Positions 1 through 9,691 of a stretch of DNA of 64,000 bases are shown piece by piece. Each line of letters starts with the position of its first letter. Position 1 is the first letter of the stretch. Below the pieces are notes generated by a model that was not told the DNA's origin, made no database searches, and saw only the letters and a list, made by a program, of their open reading frames with translations. Source of the stretch: a candidate division FCPU426 bacterium (GTDB lineage: Bacteria; Oederibacteriota; Muellerivitia; Muellerivitales; Muellerivitaceae); contig CAWCKJ010000012.1 of NCBI GenBank assembly GCA_963796105.1, forward strand, positions 32,001-96,000. Reading direction: 5' to 3'. A program made the translations under genes and the position numbers.

Positions 1-10
1 CCGCCGCACT

Positions 11-216
11 TCATTGCGAGAAACGAACTTTGTGGCAGGCTTGAAGTAGTTTGCCTGAATTTCAGGCAAACCATACTTGGCTCTACGGGCCAACGCACAA
101 CCACAGGTCATGAGTGGTTTAAAGTTGTGGATTTTGATTCGGACAAAACTTGTTATTTAAACTGGGGTTGCTTCGTCATAACCGCCCCGCTATTCGCGGG
201 GCATTTCTCGCAATGA
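11..216. repeat. REP/MITE-like palindromic element bounded by 13-bp inverted repeats
   Basis: TCATTGCGAGAAA (11-23) is the exact reverse complement of TTTCTCGCAATGA (204-216). Internal hairpins GTTTGCCTGAA-T-TTCAGGCAAAC (49-71) and GCCCCGC-TATTC-GCGGGGC (184-202). Confidence 0.55.
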
Positions 217-293
217 CGAATTAGACGATTTACGCGGATTTTGAATTTCGCCTAATTTAAAAGGTTTTCCAATATTTGACGATGTCTAACTTT

Positions 294-2192
294 TTATTTT
301 AGATTAGGTTCAGCCCCGAGGGATTTCAGGTATTGACTGGTTTGATTGTCAGCTGGATTGACCTGGTGCGCTTTTTGCCAGGCGGTAACGGCCTCCGCCT
401 TGCGGCCCAACTTCACGTCGCAGACCCCCAAATCCAGAAGGGCCTGGAAATCAAAGGGGTTGAAAGCCACGCATTGCTCAAACGCCTTGGCGGATTCCTC
501 GAACTTCCCAGTCTGGAAATACCCCACCGCCAAGGGGAAATACAAGGCGTAATAATTGGGCACGAGTTCTATTCCCTTTTTGGCGCTGTCCAAACCCAGG
601 TCGAAATGTCCCAGCCCAATTTGCAAATCAGCCGAAGCCCAATCGTTCTCCACGTAGTTGGGATTGAGATCAAGGGATTTCCGATAGGCCTCCAGAGCCT
701 TTTCCCTTTGTCCCGCTAAATCCAGGGCCTTTCCAAAGGCGTTCCAGGCCTTGGGGTTCAGGGGCGAAAGCCCGGTCAGCCTCGTCCCGAAATAAAAAGC
801 GTTGTTCCCTTTGCCCAAGTTCGTCTCCCCGACCGTGTCCCGGAAGGCGATGGAAGCCCCCAACGCGCGCAGGGTGATGATTCCCACAACCAGGGGAGCC
901 AAGATCAATGCCGCCTTGAGGGAGCCTGGAATTTTCCCAGCCGCTGACGGAACCATTCCCCTTTTGAGGGCCAATGGCGCCGCCAACAATAATCCAAAAA
1001 GGATCGCCGTGGGGGCCACCTGAAGCGGGAAATTACTGAGTGACTGGACCAAGAGAGCCACTACCCCCCCCGCTATTCCGATCGAAATTTCCCTGTCCTC
1101 CTGTTTGGTTTCAGGGTTAAGCAGAAACTTGATCAGGGACCAAACGAAAGCAGTAAGCAAGCCCAGGAACAGGAGAAACCCCGGGAGTCCCCCCTCCACC
1201 CAGAACTGGAGGAACTCGTTGTGAATATGCTCCGTGTAAATATAAGGATGGCTCGGATACTCCGCCGGTGTGTAAGGCTTGAACTGATACCGGGGATATT
1301 GGATCCCCACCTGTCCCAATCCGATTCCCATCCAGGGATTTTCCTTGATTATTTCCCAAGCCACTTTATAAGTTTCCAATCGCTGTTGGACTGAGGCCTG
1401 CGAGGGGCTGAATACCGCCCAGCCGCCATGACGGTGCAGGTAAGCGCCGGCCCCAGCCACGAGGATCCCCAGCGACATCACAATGAATACAGCGTTTCGC
1501 TTGAATAGGGACCGCCCCCAGGGGAGAAGAAAAGAAAAAGCCATGAAAAGGGCCGAGGCGCCCAATGCCAAATAGGCCCCCCGCGCCCGCGTCAGCATGA
1601 GAGCGGCGAAGACCGCGAAAGTCAGGGCCCGGAAGAGGAGCCAGCGTTCCCGAAATGGCGTCCTTAAGGTTAGGATAAAGGCGAGGGGAAGAAGACCCGA
1701 CAGGTAGCCTCCCAGGTAATCTGGGTTGCCCAGTGTGGCGAAAGCCCTCTGCTCAAATTTCGTGTCCCAATGGGATCGGTCGAGACCCAGGCTCTGGGCG
1801 ATCCCGTAAAGGGCCAAGATTCCGCCCGCCAAAAGGGCAAGGTGGATCAGTTTCATGTAGGAGGCTCCCCTGGAACAGGCGTAAACCACCGCGAGAAGAG
1901 TTCCTACCATAAGGATGAGGTGGACTGAGCCTTTCAAGACTTCCATTTTCAATAGACCCACCATGAGGGAATCCCCCACCATCCAGGCCAGAAACAATAT
2001 CGCCCATTGGACCAATGAGAGCTTGAGAAGACCTCGTCCCTGTGCCGTGATCAAGACGGCAAAAAAAGACAAAACGAGCAGGGCTGGGACTTCCTTGGTC
2101 AAGGTGAAGGCGTCCGCAGCGCGGTAAAAGAAAGCCAGCGGTACCCAGGCAAACAGGATTCCCAGGAATATTTGATGGACCTTTTCAACCAT
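294..2192 (-). CDS. O-antigen ligase (Wzy_C/WaaL-like) family membrane protein with C-terminal TPR repeats
   Basis: Multi-TM N-terminus with ATLGNPDYLG, LTRARGAYLA, PWMGIGLG and EHIHNEFLQFWVEGG motifs. TPR-like C-terminus (AWNAFGKAL...AYRKSLDLNP). Confidence 0.85.
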   Translation of the reverse strand: MVEKVHQIFLGILFAWVPLAFFYRAADAFTLTKEVPALLVLSFFAVLITAQGRGLLKLSLVQWAILFLAWMVGDSLMVGLLKMEVLKGSVHLILMVGTLLAVVYACSRGASYMKLIHLALLAGGILALYGIAQSLGLDRSHWDTKFEQRAFATLGNPDYLGGYLSGLLPLAFILTLRTPFRERWLLFRALTFAVFAALMLTRARGAYLALGASALFMAFSFLLPWGRSLFKRNAVFIVMSLGILVAGAGAYLHRHGGWAVFSPSQASVQQRLETYKVAWEIIKENPWMGIGLGQVGIQYPRYQFKPYTPAEYPSHPYIYTEHIHNEFLQFWVEGGLPGFLLFLGLLTAFVWSLIKFLLNPETKQEDREISIGIAGGVVALLVQSLSNFPLQVAPTAILFGLLLAAPLALKRGMVPSAAGKIPGSLKAALILAPLVVGIITLRALGASIAFRDTVGETNLGKGNNAFYFGTRLTGLSPLNPKAWNAFGKALDLAGQREKALEAYRKSLDLNPNYVENDWASADLQIGLGHFDLGLDSAKKGIELVPNYYALYFPLAVGYFQTGKFEESAKAFEQCVAFNPFDFQALLDLGVCDVKLGRKAEAVTAWQKAHQVNPADNQTSQYLKSLGAEPNLK

Positions 2193-4467
2193 GGAACATT
2201 TCCCCCCAATGGCGGTCGAAATCAGCCTTTTGGTTTTTCCAAAAGCCGGAAAATGGATAAAGCCTTAAAACCTGGTCCAAGCCTTCCCTCGCCTCCACCC
2301 ATTGTCTCTTACGCATGTGGCCGATGAAATCCGTCGCTGGCTTGGAAAAAAACGTGAGCAGGTCGGGAATTTCCTCCATGCTCTTATCCTTGGGTTGTTG
2401 ACGGACGCGGTAAACCGCCTGGAAGTCCCCGGAATAAACCAGGTCCGTCCTGGTTTGGATGAAGCCGTCCAATTTCTCCCACTCAGGCGTGGTCAAGTCG
2501 TAATGCCCGTAATCGGCGCTGACCCGGATGCCCTCGAAGCCGTTGACCGCGATGTCATCCACGCCCAATTCCCTCACCCTTTTGGCGATACCCTCAACAT
2601 CCTTTTCTTCCCGGGCGATTTTCGCCAGGACCTGCTCGTCGAATACCGTGTTGCTTAGGAATGACCGCTCATAGTACAGCCCCCTGGCGTCCCCCGCCAC
2701 CAACAGCCCGGCCCCTTCGGGCAGGTTCCTGTTGACCCATTGGGCCATGGGATAATAAGGCGTGATGTTCCCAGGTCCGGACAAATAATCCGCCCTGGTC
2801 TGATCCCCGTACCAGATTCCCGAGGCGGGGTAATAGTAATGGCTGATGGCTGTCAGGTTCCCGAAGCATAGAATCGCCGTTAGCCCTGAGAAAAGCGCAG
2901 CTCTTTTTCCCCACTCCGGATGGTCCCCTCCCATCAAGGCTGAGGCCAATAGAACGTATAGGAACAGGAAATCGGGGATGATGAATTTAAGGATATGGGT
3001 GATGGAGAAACCCAGCAAAAGGACCAGGGGCACAAGCCAGGCGAGGCTTTTCAAGGCGGTCGAACGGAGCCGGTAAAGGAACAGGAAAGGGGCCAGCCCC
3101 AGCGCGACGGGACCGCAGAAATTGTAGCTGTCCGGGTTGGACATCGTCAGGGTCCAGGGAAGCAGAAGCCAGGAAAGCGGATCATGGGCTGAAAGAGCGT
3201 GCTGTTCCGCCATCAGGCGCTGGTAGCCCGCCTCTAGAAGGTGGCGGCCGGGAAAATAGGACATCAGATAGGGAAAAACCGGGTTACAGGTATAGATCAA
3301 GTTTTTAACCACCCAGGGGGTAAACACTAGGGCCGACGATAGGAGGAACCACAACCAGTATTTTCCGTTGGCCGGCTTGAAGAGGGATGGTTTTCGGAAA
3401 GCCATAACCGCCAGGACGCTTGCCATAGGAAGGATTGCCGTGTATTTGGCGGACAGAGCCAGACCCGCGAAAAGACCGGATAGGACGGCATCCCTTAGGT
3501 CCAGGTTCCCATTCCGAAAGCTCCGAAACAGGGTGTAGGCGAAAAGGGCCACGGCAAGGGTCATGAAGCCCTCCACCTGGGCGGCCCAGGTGTTGACGGC
3601 GAAAAGGGGAAAGGTCAGGGTCAGGCCCAATGCCATCCACCCGGCTTTCTCCCCAGCCAGTTCCCTGGCCCACCCTCCCGCCAAAAGTGCGCAGACCCCG
3701 AAACAAACAACGTTGAGCATCTTCGCGGCCTCGGTTCCCTGCCACACCAGGGCGTTCAGAAAAAAAAGTTCCCCCCCGAAAGGATAATTGGAGAATAAAT
3801 TGGTGGAAAAATCCCGCAGGCCGTGGTTCAAAAGCCAATAGCTGGGAACCGCCAGATGATAAACCATGGAGTCATAAAAATTTTCAGGGGCAAGGTCCAG
3901 CAAGAGTGAGAAGAACCAGTAAAATAGCCCTATGCCGGTCAGAAAACGCAAGACCCAGTCCCTGGGAAGCCATTTCCAAGCGGAAACAAAATGAAAGTTT
4001 TTCCAGCCTCGAAAGAGGTCCCAGAGGGATACGGTGAACAAGGCTCCCTCCAAGTAGATCCAGACCGGCTTATACCAAAGGCGGACCAGCCCTGTACCAG
4101 CCCAAAACAGCCCCAGGAAGCAGATTCCCAGCCCGAAATTAGAGGCCAGGACAACCCAGGCATCGGAGGGTTGAAAACACAATAAACGGCGGACCCTGGC
4201 CCCCCAGGCGGTCGTCATGAGGGTGATGGCTAGTACAATCACCAGGCAAAGAATGGATTGTTCCCAAACGGCAGCCCTTTGGGTCAAGGTGGCCGGAGCC
4301 AGTGTCCTCGCGCTGAAAACTTGCGGGATGAAGTAAAGAACCCGCCCAGATACCCTAAAGTACCAGACCGCGACAAAGAGCGCCCAAGCCGAGACAAGGA
4401 TAAAAGGAATATTCCCCGAGCTGCTTTCAGCCGCAGGGCCAGCGGATTGAGAAACACTGGGACTCAT
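2185..4467 (-). CDS. GT-C fold (ArnT/PMT-like) membrane glycosyltransferase
   Basis: Many TM helices, with PENFYDSMVYHLAVP, GLALSAKYT and PWVVKNLIYTCNPVFPY. Paralog of the next gene. Confidence 0.7.
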   Translation of the reverse strand: MSPSVSQSAGPAAESSSGNIPFILVSAWALFVAVWYFRVSGRVLYFIPQVFSARTLAPATLTQRAAVWEQSILCLVIVLAITLMTTAWGARVRRLLCFQPSDAWVVLASNFGLGICFLGLFWAGTGLVRLWYKPVWIYLEGALFTVSLWDLFRGWKNFHFVSAWKWLPRDWVLRFLTGIGLFYWFFSLLLDLAPENFYDSMVYHLAVPSYWLLNHGLRDFSTNLFSNYPFGGELFFLNALVWQGTEAAKMLNVVCFGVCALLAGGWARELAGEKAGWMALGLTLTFPLFAVNTWAAQVEGFMTLAVALFAYTLFRSFRNGNLDLRDAVLSGLFAGLALSAKYTAILPMASVLAVMAFRKPSLFKPANGKYWLWFLLSSALVFTPWVVKNLIYTCNPVFPYLMSYFPGRHLLEAGYQRLMAEQHALSAHDPLSWLLLPWTLTMSNPDSYNFCGPVALGLAPFLFLYRLRSTALKSLAWLVPLVLLLGFSITHILKFIIPDFLFLYVLLASALMGGDHPEWGKRAALFSGLTAILCFGNLTAISHYYYPASGIWYGDQTRADYLSGPGNITPYYPMAQWVNRNLPEGAGLLVAGDARGLYYERSFLSNTVFDEQVLAKIAREEKDVEGIAKRVRELGVDDIAVNGFEGIRVSADYGHYDLTTPEWEKLDGFIQTRTDLVYSGDFQAVYRVRQQPKDKSMEEIPDLLTFFSKPATDFIGHMRKRQWVEAREGLDQVLRLYPFSGFWKNQKADFDRHWGEMFHG

Positions 4468-6893
4468 TTCTTTTCCCCCGGAAAAGCATACAAGGATTGT
4501 GATCTTTGGGCGGCGAATCGAGCTGTTTTAAGGTCATGGTCTTGGACGGCTAGATCAGCCCAGACTCGATAGCCTTCCCTCGTCAAAATACCCCGGGAAT
4601 CGCCGGTTCGGAAATCCTTATCCGCTTCCGTGGGATTATGAAGGGATATTTCAATCTTCGCTTTTTTCTCCCACCAATAGGACTCGTTTGGAAAAACCGA
4701 AAGGATCTCTCCGGCTTCTTTCTCGGCCAAGTTTAGATTCATCGTCTTCTCTTTCATCAACAGATCATAAGCCGGCCGGTAAAAAAAAGAAAAAGGGTTT
4801 ACTAAATAAGAACCGTTGGGTGCCGACAATGTGTTCTTGACCCGGTAAACCGCCATGAAGTCCTTGTAATACAAGGGTTCCAAACCCGTCCGGACGAACT
4901 CGGTCAGGATTTTCCAACCGCGGGGTTCCAGGAGGTATTGCCCGTAGGACTCGGCGATTCTCATCCCCTCCGGAACATTAACGGCGATATGGGTGATTCC
5001 CGACCTCTGAAGTTTTTTAAGGATATCCCCTGGGTTTTTGCCTGACCTCGCCGCTTCCTGGAAGAAAGGCTCGTCGAAAGCGGAATTGGCGAGAAATTCC
5101 CGGGGATAATAGACTCCTCTTGAGTCCCCTGCCACCAAAAGCCGAGCGTCCCGCGGAAGATTAACACCGATCCAATCGGCCATGGGCTCATAGGAATTCA
5201 ATAGCTTCCGGCTTAAGTAATCTTTTACCGTTTCCCGCCCAGTCCAGATTCCCGTAGGATCATAATAATCCGCGCTTACGCGGAGAAAAACCGGCAGGCT
5301 CAATAAGGCCGATAGAAAAACCCCCGACAACCAAAGGGGCCTCCAGAATTTTTTCCCCGGATCCTCCTGAGACACCGACAAGAGAATAAACGCCGCCAAG
5401 AAGGCCGGCATGATGAAGCGAAGCATGTGGGATAGGCAGAGCCCCAGGAGAAAATATATGAGGGTGGCCCGCGCGAGGCGCCGTAGGATCGGTTGATCGA
5501 ATTTCACGAATAGAAGGAGGGGCCCAAAGGCCAGAAGGACGGGTCCGATGAACTGGCCGTCCCCAGCCTGGGGCATGGTCAACCGCCAAGGAAGGCTGAT
5601 GTAGGACCAAAGGCCCTGATTCATCGGCAGGTATTGGGTGTTTTCCAATAATAGCCGCTGGTATCCGGCCTCGGAAAACATCCTGCCGCCGAGGAGATGT
5701 ATGGCATAGGGAAAAAAAGGATTGCCCGTGTAAGCGAAATTTTTCAATAACCAAGGGCCCACGAGAAAACAAATGGAAAATACCCAGCTGGTCCAAAAAC
5801 TTCTGCTCAACCAGATTTTGGGTTTAACTCCCCAGAGGCAGGCTATAAAACCCGCCGCGACCGCCGTGACCGCCGAGGGCTTGATGGATATGGCTAAACC
5901 CGCCATCAGCGCGGTCACTAGGATCAGGGGGGAGAAAATCCTCTCATCGGTTTTTTCATGGGTTTTAAACAGGCAATAAAAAAACAACAGGACGGTGAGC
6001 GCGATCAGCCCATCCACTCGGGCCGCCCAGCCGTTTAAATAGAGAAGGGGAAAGGTGACGCAAACCGCGAATAGGCCCAGGGAATTCCCGCGGGGAGACG
6101 CTTCATGAACCCAGGCGCAAGCGCATAAGGCGCAGAGAATCAGGATAAAAACATTTAATAGTTTCGCTCCCTCGGTATCGGAGAATACCAGGCCGTTCAT
6201 GAAAAAAAGCGACCCGCCATGAAAATAACCCGAGAGAATGTGGCAGGGGTAATCCGAGATCCCATGATGGAACAGCCAGTAGCAGGGCATGCCCAGGAAA
6301 TAATTCAAGGAGTCATAGAAGGTTTCCGGCAGGAAGCTTTGGACAAAAGCAAAAATCAGGTAAATACACGCCATGAGCGCCAAAACAAAATCGATGACCT
6401 CCAGCCGGTGAAAATGAACCGCGCGCCAAGCATCCCCACGGGATTTGCCGATAAGCGTCCTGGTCAGAAAGAATGAGGAGATCAGGGCGCCAGCCCACCA
6501 TAGTTCCGGAAACCATAACCCGGTTAAACCTAATCCAAGCCAAATTCCGTTGAAGAATAAAATACCCAAGCCGAAATCCAGGCAAAAACCCATAAGTTTG
6601 TTTTCAACGTCTAAATTCAGCCAATCCCCAAGCCTTTTTCCGGTATCCCATAAAATCCCCATGATCCAGAGGCCTATCAGAAAATCGGAGAATAGGTGGA
6701 ATCCCGAAAGAATTTTCTTGGAAAAAAGGACATCCGCGAACCGATCCGTTTGAAAGAGAAAGTGGAGATCCGGAAAGGGATTCCGAATGGGCGTGAAAAA
6801 TCTTAAAAACACGAAAACAATCCATGAAACAATAATGGCCTTCAAAATTCCCGTTTTTGTCCAGCTGATGTGGGTTTGTGAGAGTGGGCGCAT
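4464..6893 (-). CDS. GT-C fold (ArnT/PMT-like) membrane glycosyltransferase, paralog
   Basis: PETFYDSLNYFLGMP, GLAISIKPS and PWLLKNFAYTGNPFFPY. 4-nt overlap with the downstream paralog. Confidence 0.7.
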   Translation of the reverse strand: MRPLSQTHISWTKTGILKAIIVSWIVFVFLRFFTPIRNPFPDLHFLFQTDRFADVLFSKKILSGFHLFSDFLIGLWIMGILWDTGKRLGDWLNLDVENKLMGFCLDFGLGILFFNGIWLGLGLTGLWFPELWWAGALISSFFLTRTLIGKSRGDAWRAVHFHRLEVIDFVLALMACIYLIFAFVQSFLPETFYDSLNYFLGMPCYWLFHHGISDYPCHILSGYFHGGSLFFMNGLVFSDTEGAKLLNVFILILCALCACAWVHEASPRGNSLGLFAVCVTFPLLYLNGWAARVDGLIALTVLLFFYCLFKTHEKTDERIFSPLILVTALMAGLAISIKPSAVTAVAAGFIACLWGVKPKIWLSRSFWTSWVFSICFLVGPWLLKNFAYTGNPFFPYAIHLLGGRMFSEAGYQRLLLENTQYLPMNQGLWSYISLPWRLTMPQAGDGQFIGPVLLAFGPLLLFVKFDQPILRRLARATLIYFLLGLCLSHMLRFIMPAFLAAFILLSVSQEDPGKKFWRPLWLSGVFLSALLSLPVFLRVSADYYDPTGIWTGRETVKDYLSRKLLNSYEPMADWIGVNLPRDARLLVAGDSRGVYYPREFLANSAFDEPFFQEAARSGKNPGDILKKLQRSGITHIAVNVPEGMRIAESYGQYLLEPRGWKILTEFVRTGLEPLYYKDFMAVYRVKNTLSAPNGSYLVNPFSFFYRPAYDLLMKEKTMNLNLAEKEAGEILSVFPNESYWWEKKAKIEISLHNPTEADKDFRTGDSRGILTREGYRVWADLAVQDHDLKTARFAAQRSQSLYAFPGEKK

Positions 6894-7014
6894 GGGGCTT
6901 TCTTAATATTGACAATTACTACTTATTGAGAAACCTCAAGAAATCAAGGTTTGAGTGGATGAGCCTGTGGAAACTCAATGAAAATGATTGTTTCATTGAT
7001 TCATTGATATTATC

Positions 7015-7053
7015 AAAAAAAAAGCACCCGGATCAAAAGAACCGGGTGCTTTT
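7015..7053 (-). terminator. Intrinsic terminator downstream of HU gene
   Basis: AAAAGCACCCGG-N10-CCGGGTGCTTTT hairpin with an A-run (U-tail on the minus strand) just past the HU stop codon. Confidence 0.8.
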
Positions 7054-7069
7054 ATCAGCAAGACGAATA

Positions 7070-7345
7070 TTACGACAAAACTTGCTCTTTCAAATCCTTC
7101 AGAACACGGAATTTGACAACTTTCTTGGCTGGAACACTGACCATTTCACCAGTCCGGGGATTACGGGCCATTCTTGCCTTCCGGTCCTTCAACTGAAACA
7201 CCCCGAGGCCGTCTAATTTGATCTTATGTTCGCTTTTTAAAGTCTTATAAATCGTGTTCCTCAAAACTTGAAGAACATTATCAACATCTTTCTTTTTTAA
7301 GCCTGTTTCATTAGCTAATGTTCCCAGCAGTTCGCTTTTAGTCAA
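7070..7345 (-). CDS. hup: HU family nucleoid-associated DNA-binding protein
   Basis: MTKSELL...GLGVFQLKDRKARMARNPRTGEMVSVPAKKVVKF. TTG start preceded by GGAGG. Confidence 0.93.
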   Translation of the reverse strand: MTKSELLGTLANETGLKKKDVDNVLQVLRNTIYKTLKSEHKIKLDGLGVFQLKDRKARMARNPRTGEMVSVPAKKVVKFRVLKDLKEQVLS

Positions 7346-7455
7346 CGTCCACCTCCTGGATTTTGAAATCCAGCCTCTTTATATCAAGAAAATCAGGCTT
7401 TTGGCAAGAATTATCTGCGTATTTACTGGGTTTTTGAGGTGTTTTGGGGCCAATA

Positions 7456-8055
7456 TCAAGGGTACAAATACCGGCTTAGGGTCTTCGGACTGACACTCAC
7501 CAATGAGGCAAAATGGCCTTTTTTATACTTTTTCATCCGAAGCAACTGACGAAGAAAAACCCTAGAAAATTCCTTCCTGGCCTGAAAAAGAGTGTTCTTT
7601 TTTGTAATCGCCTTTTCCGCTAAAGAATTCATCATAAACCCAAGGAAAAAATGATGAATCTCCCGCGAATTCAAGGGTTTAAGGAAATTCCCGATTTTTA
7701 GTCCAATATTCAACGAATCGTCGCCAGCCCAAATAATATCTTGAACGCCTGATTTCATCGCCTTTACGACAGAAGGTAAATCTAGGGTTTTAAACAGCGC
7801 CAATCGTTTGACATTGGGTTGAAATTTCTCCATCTCATCCTTGACCAAATCCCAAGCTTTGTCATGAATTTGAAGGTGCCAATCCAATAACAGAAGATCA
7901 AAAATCTCGCTGGTCAATAGTTCCACGGCGGATTGAATCGTTCCTACCGCGGCGGTTTCCCCGAAGTTGGAACAAACATCCTCCAGGATGGCCCGGAAAC
8001 GGGTGTCATCTTCTAGAATAAAAATCCTGATTTTTTTGGATTTTCGCGGAAAAAT
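7456..8055 (-). CDS. Degenerate response regulator: receiver domain + Fis-type HTH (start uncertain, possibly ATT at 8055)
   Basis: The frame stays open upstream of the called GTG (7926) and encodes KIRIFILEDD...FDLLLLDW (receiver). C-terminus LFQARKEFSRVFLRQLL...ASLVSVSPKTLSRYL resembles a Fis HTH. Confidence 0.6.
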   Translation of the reverse strand: MFPRKSKKIRIFILEDDTRFRAILEDVCSNFGETAAVGTIQSAVELLTSEIFDLLLLDWHLQIHDKAWDLVKDEMEKFQPNVKRLALFKTLDLPSVVKAMKSGVQDIIWAGDDSLNIGLKIGNFLKPLNSREIHHFFLGFMMNSLAEKAITKKNTLFQARKEFSRVFLRQLLRMKKYKKGHFASLVSVSPKTLSRYLYP

Positions 8056-8145
8056 ATTCGCCTCTTTAAATTTATCGGTTTATAACAATAAAAACCAAAA
8101 ATAACGCGTCATTAGTTCCTGTAAGACCTGTGAAAATGATTTATT

Positions 8146-9558
8146 TTATAAATCCCTGAAACCCACACCGCCTTCCCGCCTTTTTTTAACGATCTTCTTA
8201 TAGTCCTCTTCCATATGAAGTTCCTTTAATTTCCAAATGAGAGTGTTCCGGTGAAGGCCCAAAGTGGCGGCGGCCCGGGTCTGGTTTCCCCTGGTACGCT
8301 CTAAAACTTTACGAATATAGTGGCGCTCAAATTGGCGCCGTACCCTTCTCAATGAAATCTTGGACTCTTCCTTTGTTTTCGCAAAATCAATCTGTTTGAC
8401 CAGGATATCCAAGGGAACATCTTCGATGGCGAGATGTTCCTTGCCGGAATAAAGCGTCATCATTTCAACGCTGTTTTTAAGCTCTCGCAAATTCCCCGGC
8501 CAATTATATTCGACCAAAAACTAAACCGCGTCCTTGTTGATGCCCTTGACGGCTATTTTATTTTTTTGGTTACCCAGCTTTAAATAATGCTCGATCAGCC
8601 CCTGGATGTCCTCACGCCGTTCTTTCAACGGGGGCAAAGGAATGGAACAAGCGGTTAAAAATTCATATAAATCTTTTCTAACCCGCCCGGCCTCAACCTC
8701 CTTCGAGAGATCCAGTTCGCAGGACGCGATCACCCTGAAATCCAGGAATATCGTCATCGGACCTTTTCCCCTGTTGAATTTTTTCTCCAAAAACGCTTTT
8801 ACCAGCTCGCCCTGGATTTCCAGGGGAAGCCTCTCCACTCGATCCAGGTAAAGCGTCCCTTTCTCGGCGAATTCAAGCTTCCCGATCTGCGCGGCGACAT
8901 TTTTCTCCTCGTCCCATTCCTGCCCGAACAACTCGATGTTTAATTGGACTTTTGTAAAAGCGCCCGAATGGATGATCACGAACGGGCCGTTTTTCCGGTG
9001 ACTCTGCCGATGGATTTCCCTGGCCACATCCTCGCTTCCTCCGCCCGATTCCTCCCGGATCAAGACTGGGGTTTCCGCAATGGCGATTTCCTTGATTTTC
9101 CTCATTACTTCCCGGATCGCCTTACTGTTTCCCGAGAGGCTCGCGGGTGTTTGTTTCTGGTTTCCAGACTTCAGGAAGCGGTTTTCTCTCTCAAGGATTC
9201 TCTTGTTTAAGACCCGTTTGATTTTTTCAAGAAGATCATCCATTTTGAAAGGCTTGGTAATGTAATCATAAGCGCCCAATTTCATGGCTTCCAAAGCGGC
9301 GTCAACGCTTTGAGAGGCCGTGGCCAAAATGACTTCCAACGATTCGTCCCGGCGTTTGATTTGTCTCAAAAGATCGATGCCGGAACCGCCGGGAAGACGC
9401 AGATCCAGCAGGCAAAGGTTGAAAGCCGTGGTTTTGATAAGCCGGAACGCTGTTTTAGCGTCCCCGGCAAAAACCAAGTCATGATCCTTTTCCAGGACCA
9501 GCCGGAGGGTTTCCCGAACGCTTTCTTCGCCGTCTACGATTAACAAGGTGGGTCTCAA
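8146..9558 (-). pseudogene. NtrC/AtoC-like regulator (receiver-AAA+-Fis HTH) split by one in-frame TAG at 8521-8523; AAA+ motifs degenerate
   Basis: ORFs 8521..9558 and 8146..8517 are in the same frame: ...KDAV*FLVEYNWPGNLREL...GNQTRAAATLGLHRNTL. Receiver motifs LLDLRLP and YITKPF. Confidence 0.8.
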
Positions 9559-9691
9559 AAATTTATGCCCCTCATTTTACAAAAGTTTATTTTCGCGCTT
9601 ATTATAATTTTTCGAGATGGGTTATAAAGATTTATCGGTTCAAGGGAAGGGCTTTTCGCCGCGAAAAAAATTAAGGACCTTGACTTTTTTC

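Noticed and set aside
8521..8523. Genome-wide TAG recoding or pyrrolysine
   Set aside because: TAG is the normal terminator of ftsZ, mraY and murB in this window. A single nonsense change or base error is simpler.
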